From the NCBI GenBank assembly GCA_964525225.1, contig CAZGDX010000001.1, forward strand, positions 40,654 through 104,653: a stretch of 64,000 nucleotides of DNA, given 5' to 3'. The DNA is from an uncultured Gammaproteobacteria bacterium. Lineage in GTDB: Bacteria; Patescibacteriota; Patescibacteriia; DYHP01. Made by a program: the position numbers and the translations under genes. Position 1 is the first letter of the stretch. Every line of letters begins with the position of its first letter. A model generated the notes under the pieces. That model worked only from the letters and a program-made list of their open reading frames with translations. It had not been told where the DNA came from and ran no database searches. Below, in pieces: positions 59,931 to 64,000 of the stretch.

Positions 59931-61316
59931 ATGAGAACTTTAGCGCGCGACACAATCAAGATGGAGGGAAAAGAAGTGCAAATATCCGGATGGGTGCATA
60001 ACCGCCGCGATATGGGAAAAATTATTTTTATTGACTTCCGCGACCGGAGCGGAATTTTGCAGCTTGTTTTTGCGCCGAGCGAACTTTCGGAGCGGGCGTA
60101 TCAAGCCGCCAAAGGTTTGCGTTCAGAATTTGTCATTAAAGTTAAAGGCAATGTAGTGGCGCGTTCGCCAAAAGCGGTGAATCCCAATTTGCCGACCGGA
60201 AAAATTGAAATTTTGGTGAAGGACTTGGAAATTTTAAACGAAGCGAAGACAACACCGTTTGAACTGGATAAAGATACTCGCGTCATCAGCGAAGATGTTC
60301 GCTTGAAATACAGATACTTGGATTTGAGGAGCGAACGAATGAGAAACAATCTGGAGCTTCGCCATAATGTAATAAAATTTTTCCGCGATTATTTTTCCGC
60401 CGAAGGATTTTTTGAAATAGAGACCCCGTTTTTGACCAAGGGGACTCCTGAAGGTTCAAGAGAGTATATCGTCCCTTCGCGTCTTCATCCGGAAAATTTT
60501 TATGTTTTGCCTCAGTCACCGCAGCAATTTAAACAGCTTTTGATGGTTGCCGGGATGGAAAAATATTTTCAGGTGGCGCGGTGTTTTCGCGACGAAGACC
60601 AGCGCGGTGATCGCCAGCCGGAATTCACCCAGCTTGACGTGGAAATGTCTTTTGTCGAAGAAGAAGATATTATTTCTTTTATGGAAAAAGCGATAGTGGA
60701 AATGGTGAAAAAAGTCGCTTCGGAAAAAAAGATTTTACAGACCCCGTTTCCGCGCGTCACTTACGCCGACGCGATAAAAAAATACAAGTCCGACAAGCCG
60801 GATATGCGCAAAAACAAAGAAGATAAAAATGAATTGGCTTTTTGCTGGGTGGTGGATTTTCCGATGTTTGAAAAAGGGGATGACGGAAAAATTAACGCGT
60901 CACACCATCCTTTTACCGCGCCAAAAGACAGAGACCTCAAAAATCTTTCCAAGACCCCGCTCAAAGTCCGCGCCAAGGCATACGATATTGTTCTAAACGG
61001 TTATGAAATCGGCGGCGGAAGCGTTAGAATCCACAATCGTGATTTGCAAAACAAAATTTTTGAAATTTTAGGGCTTAAAGAAAAAGAAATCAAAGAAAGA
61101 TTCGGGCACATTCTTGAGGCGTTTGAATACGGCGCGCCTCCGCACGGCGGAATTGCCCTCGGTTTGGACCGGCTTTTAATGATTTTGCGCGGAGAAGAAA
61201 GCATTCGCGAAGTTATTGCGTTTCCGAAAACCGGAGAAGCGGAGGATTTAATGATGGGCGCTCCTTCCGAACTTCCAAACAAACAGTTAAGGGAGGCGCA
61301 TATAAAAACTGCATAA
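59931..61316 (+). CDS. aspS: Aspartyl-tRNA synthetase (short form lacking the GAD insertion)
   Basis: GWVHNRRDMG, RLKYRYLDLR, LPQSPQQFKQLLM, CFRDED.RGDRQPEFTQLD, GAPPHGGIALGLDR. Confidence 0.97.
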   Translation: MRTLARDTIKMEGKEVQISGWVHNRRDMGKIIFIDFRDRSGILQLVFAPSELSERAYQAAKGLRSEFVIKVKGNVVARSPKAVNPNLPTGKIEILVKDLEILNEAKTTPFELDKDTRVISEDVRLKYRYLDLRSERMRNNLELRHNVIKFFRDYFSAEGFFEIETPFLTKGTPEGSREYIVPSRLHPENFYVLPQSPQQFKQLLMVAGMEKYFQVARCFRDEDQRGDRQPEFTQLDVEMSFVEEEDIISFMEKAIVEMVKKVASEKKILQTPFPRVTYADAIKKYKSDKPDMRKNKEDKNELAFCWVVDFPMFEKGDDGKINASHHPFTAPKDRDLKNLSKTPLKVRAKAYDIVLNGYEIGGGSVRIHNRDLQNKIFEILGLKEKEIKERFGHILEAFEYGAPPHGGIALGLDRLLMILRGEESIREVIAFPKTGEAEDLMMGAPSELPNKQLREAHIKTA

Positions 61317-61332
61317 TCATAAACCAAATCTC

Positions 61333-61445
61333 GCCCCGCTTAAAGCTATGCTACAATCGTCCAATTTTGATAGGGGAAGCCGAAGGCGTTTCCGAGTGAA
61401 AGACATGTGGTAAAATAATTGACGACTTCGGGCTTTAGGCGGGGT
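61333..61445. mobile_element. ~113-bp inverted-repeat-bounded element, homolog of 13752-13865
   Basis: Ends gccccgcttaaagc / gctttaggcggggt; shares the 22-nt core. Confidence 0.7.
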
Positions 61446-61506
61446 GGGCGCTCCTTCCAAATTGCCGTCCAAACAATTAAAAGAAGCAAATATAAAATCT
61501 TTATAA
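61445..61506 (+). pseudogene. Displaced divergent copy of the aspS 3' end
   Basis: GAPSKLPSKQLKEANIKSL* versus the aspS end GAPSELPNKQLREAHIKTA* (61255-61316); 47/62 nt identical, no indels. Confidence 0.88.
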
Positions 61507-61579
61507 AATAAAGATTGCAAGGTGGAGATTTTAAATTTTAAAAAATCTTAAATCTAAAATTTGCAATCTGAAATTATTT

Positions 61580-62140
61580 ATGGCTATTCCAAAAAAAGTT
61601 CTTGCTCATTTGGAAGCGCATGGTGTCAAATTTGACATTGTGGAACACAAAAAAGTGTTCACGGCTTATGACTTGGCCCAAACTTTGGGGCATAAGCTGG
61701 AAAAAATTGGAAAAACTCTGCTTATAAAAGCGGATATTCCGGAGATTAAGAAAAAAGGGAAAAATTATTTTGTGGTGGTGTTGCCGGCATCCTACAGAGT
61801 TGACCTTAAAAAAATTGAGAAATTTTTAAAGGCCAAAAAAGCGGAGATAGTGCCGGAAAAAATGTTTAAACAATTAGGGATAAAGCCGGGAGCGCTTGTT
61901 CCGTTTGGCCGGCTTCATAAATTTGAAGTTCTTCTTGATAAATCACTGCTAAAAGCAAAAGAAGTTCTTTTGAATGCCGGAAGTTATACCGAATCGCTCC
62001 GAATGAAAGTAAAAGATTTGCACAAGCTTGAAAACGCGGTGGTCGCGGCAATCGGGATGAAAGGGAAAAAGATAAAGGCGCGGAAAAAACCGAAAAAATC
62101 AGCGCCAAAAAAACTAAGAGGACGGGGCAAGAAAAAATAA
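61580..62140 (+). CDS. YbaK/ProX-family aminoacyl-tRNA deacylase-like protein
   Basis: EHKKVFTAYDLAQ, GKTLLIK, PGALVPFG, NAGSYTESL. Confidence 0.85.
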   Translation: MAIPKKVLAHLEAHGVKFDIVEHKKVFTAYDLAQTLGHKLEKIGKTLLIKADIPEIKKKGKNYFVVVLPASYRVDLKKIEKFLKAKKAEIVPEKMFKQLGIKPGALVPFGRLHKFEVLLDKSLLKAKEVLLNAGSYTESLRMKVKDLHKLENAVVAAIGMKGKKIKARKKPKKSAPKKLRGRGKKK

Positions 62141-62836
62141 ATGGATTTCAAGATAGAAAAATTTGAAGGCCCATTAGACCTCCTGCTTAATCTTATTGAG
62201 CAGAAGGAACTTGATATAACGGAAGTGAATATCGCGCGCGTGGCTGATCAATTTTTACAGTATCTGAAAAAAGCGGAAATAAAAAATCCGGATGAAATCG
62301 CCGATTTTTTGGTAGTGGCGGCAAAACTTATTTTTATAAAGTCCAAATCAATTTTACCCGGTCTTGAGGATGAATTTGAAGAAGAGGGCGAGACATTGGA
62401 ACAACAATTGAAAATGTATCGCGAGTTTGTGGAGGCCTCCCGCGGAATAGACGAAATGCTTTTACAAAAGTATTTTTCTTTTAGCAGGCAGAAAATCGCG
62501 GCGCAGGAGGGCGTGTTTTTCCCGCCCAAATTTTTCACCGCGGAAAAAATGGCGAAAATTTTTGAGGAAGTCATAGCTTTCATAAAGCCGGTGCTCAAAT
62601 TACCGGAACAGGCAATTAAAAAAGCCATTTCCATTCAGGAAAAAATAAATCACATTCAGAGCATAATTAAAAAAAGGGGGAGCGTGATTTTTAGCAAAGT
62701 GCTGAAAGACGCCAAAGATAAAACGGAAAAAATTGTAAGTTTCCTGGCGCTTCTGGAACTTGTAAAACAAAAATATGTTTCCGTTGACCAAGGGAAAATT
62801 TTTGATGACATAGAGGTGGAAAATATAAAATCATAA
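62141..62836 (+). CDS. scpA: Segregation and condensation protein A
   Basis: FEGPLDLLLNLI..IKSKSILP..FLALLELVK. Confidence 0.95.
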   Translation: MDFKIEKFEGPLDLLLNLIEQKELDITEVNIARVADQFLQYLKKAEIKNPDEIADFLVVAAKLIFIKSKSILPGLEDEFEEEGETLEQQLKMYREFVEASRGIDEMLLQKYFSFSRQKIAAQEGVFFPPKFFTAEKMAKIFEEVIAFIKPVLKLPEQAIKKAISIQEKINHIQSIIKKRGSVIFSKVLKDAKDKTEKIVSFLALLELVKQKYVSVDQGKIFDDIEVENIKS

Positions 62837-62837
62837 T

Positions 62838-63386
62838 ATGAATTTCAAAACAAAAATAGAAAGTTTGCTGTTTGTTTCCGACCGACCGCTTTCGGCGGAG
62901 GATATTTTAAAAATCTTCGGAGAAAACGCGCCCACGGCCGAAGAAATCGGAAAAAACTTGGAAGAGCTGTTTGTGGAATATAAAGAGAAGAAGAGAGGAA
63001 TAATTATTATAAAAAATTCCGGAAAATACCAAATGTCTTCATCGCCGGAAAGCGCGGATGTAGTGCAGAAATTTTTAAGCGACGAAACAACCGGCGAACT
63101 TACCCGCCCGCAATTAGAAACTTTAACCATTGTCGCTTACCGCGGGCCGATCGGAAAAACCGAGCTGGAACAAATCAGGGGCGTGAACTGTTCGTTGGTG
63201 CTCCGGAATCTTTTGATACGCGGGTTGGTTGAAGAAAGAGAACAGGACGGCGAAGCGCATTTTTTCGTGACCGCGGATTTTCTGAAGTTTTTGGGGATAA
63301 ACTCAACAGAAGAATTGCCCGATTATCAAAAATTGCGTAATAATGAGATTATAAATCAGGTAATTGAAAATGAAAATTTGTCATGA
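62838..63386 (+). CDS. scpB: Segregation and condensation protein B
   Basis: IESLLFVS, LETLTIVAYRGPI..IRGVN..LLIRGLV..ELP. Confidence 0.95.
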   Translation: MNFKTKIESLLFVSDRPLSAEDILKIFGENAPTAEEIGKNLEELFVEYKEKKRGIIIIKNSGKYQMSSSPESADVVQKFLSDETTGELTRPQLETLTIVAYRGPIGKTELEQIRGVNCSLVLRNLLIRGLVEEREQDGEAHFFVTADFLKFLGINSTEELPDYQKLRNNEIINQVIENENLS

Positions 63387-64000
63387 GAAAGATTTTGCTA
63401 TTATCGGCATTTTTTTTGTTTTTTGTTTTTGTCGCGCTGATTTTATCGGTTCCCGCGGAAGAAATTAAAAAAGCCGTAACAACACAAGAGGGCGCCGGTT
63501 TGGTTCTGGCCGAAGAAAAAAAAGCGCTGGAGCCGGCGGATATATTCAAAGACACGGAGATTTTGGAAATCGGCGGAGTTGCCCTTTCCGCTAAGGGAAT
63601 TTTAGTGATGGATGCGGAAACAGGAAGAATGATTTTTTCAAAAAATCCGGAGGAAATTTTTCCTCTTGCAAGCATAACCAAGCTGATGTCTTTGGTTATT
63701 TTTATTGAATCAAAAACCGATTTGGAAAAAATAATAACAGTAGAAGAAAATGATTATGCGGATTTACAAAGATATGTCGGTACGGAAGATGCGGTAGCTC
63801 ATGTTCCGCTTTTGGCCGGAGATGAGATAAAAGTTAAAGACGCGGTTTATTCCGGCATTGTGCATTCGGCAAATAACGCGGTAAAAATTTTCGCCCGCGC
63901 TACCGGAATGAGCGATGAAGAATTCGTCGGGAAGATGAATGAAAAGGCGCGGGAGCTCAATCTTTCAAATACTTATTTCACCGAGCCGACCGGGCTTGAT
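63383..64000 (+). CDS. D-alanyl-D-alanine carboxypeptidase (peptidase S11), 5' part
   Basis: ATG 63383 overlaps the scpB stop; signal anchor; PLASITKLM (SxxK), HSANN (SxN), FTEPTGLD; runs off the window. Confidence 0.9.
   Translation, partial: MRKILLLSAFFLFFVFVALILSVPAEEIKKAVTTQEGAGLVLAEEKKALEPADIFKDTEILEIGGVALSAKGILVMDAETGRMIFSKNPEEIFPLASITKLMSLVIFIESKTDLEKIITVEENDYADLQRYVGTEDAVAHVPLLAGDEIKVKDAVYSGIVHSANNAVKIFARATGMSDEEFVGKMNEKARELNLSNTYFTEPTGLD

Noticed and set aside
61255-61506. aspS and proS duplicated ends as DGR TR/VR pairs
   Set aside because: Mismatches include C/T, T/G and G/T changes and follow codon degeneracy rather than adenine mutagenesis.

Overview
A 64 kb chromosomal segment from a reduced-genome, Lys-rich bacterium. 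The gene set and order (rpmF-nusB-rnc, rpsF-ssb-rpsR-efp, short AspRS, EF-P loop MQQRKP, core genes mostly without Shine-Dalgarno sequences) point to Patescibacteria/CPR; this placement is inference. The backbone is housekeeping: rpsA, gyrA, pilT, apt, MTA phosphorylase, proS, HU, rny, groESL, yidC, nusA, argS, recA, ftsK, glycosyltransferases, rnpB, frameshifted prfB, tsaC, rsmA, map, ruvX, recO, aspS, scpAB, plus 7 canonical tRNAs. No rRNA, CRISPR array, integrase, transposase or reverse transcriptase is visible. The most striking signal is a recurring 'hairpin plus displaced gene piece' architecture. proS and aspS are each followed by a palindrome and then a second, divergent, indel-free copy of their own 3' end. 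An intact tRNA-Val sits inside a broken tRNA-Val between inverted repeats. The 5' end of tRNA-Leu is duplicated next to a hairpin. Together these suggest palindrome-bounded allele replacement. Other unusual items: three dispersed DGR-type target genes plus a paralog with no RT/TR in view; three adjacent lipoproteins whose mature parts contain no lysine; a ~700-nt RNase P RNA; an atypical tRNA-like gene and a tRNA-Ile(UAU); a 6S-like rod upstream of rny; and accessory single-gene cassettes sharing a promoter/boxA-like/SD leader. All calls come from reading the sequence; no searches or folding programs were run.
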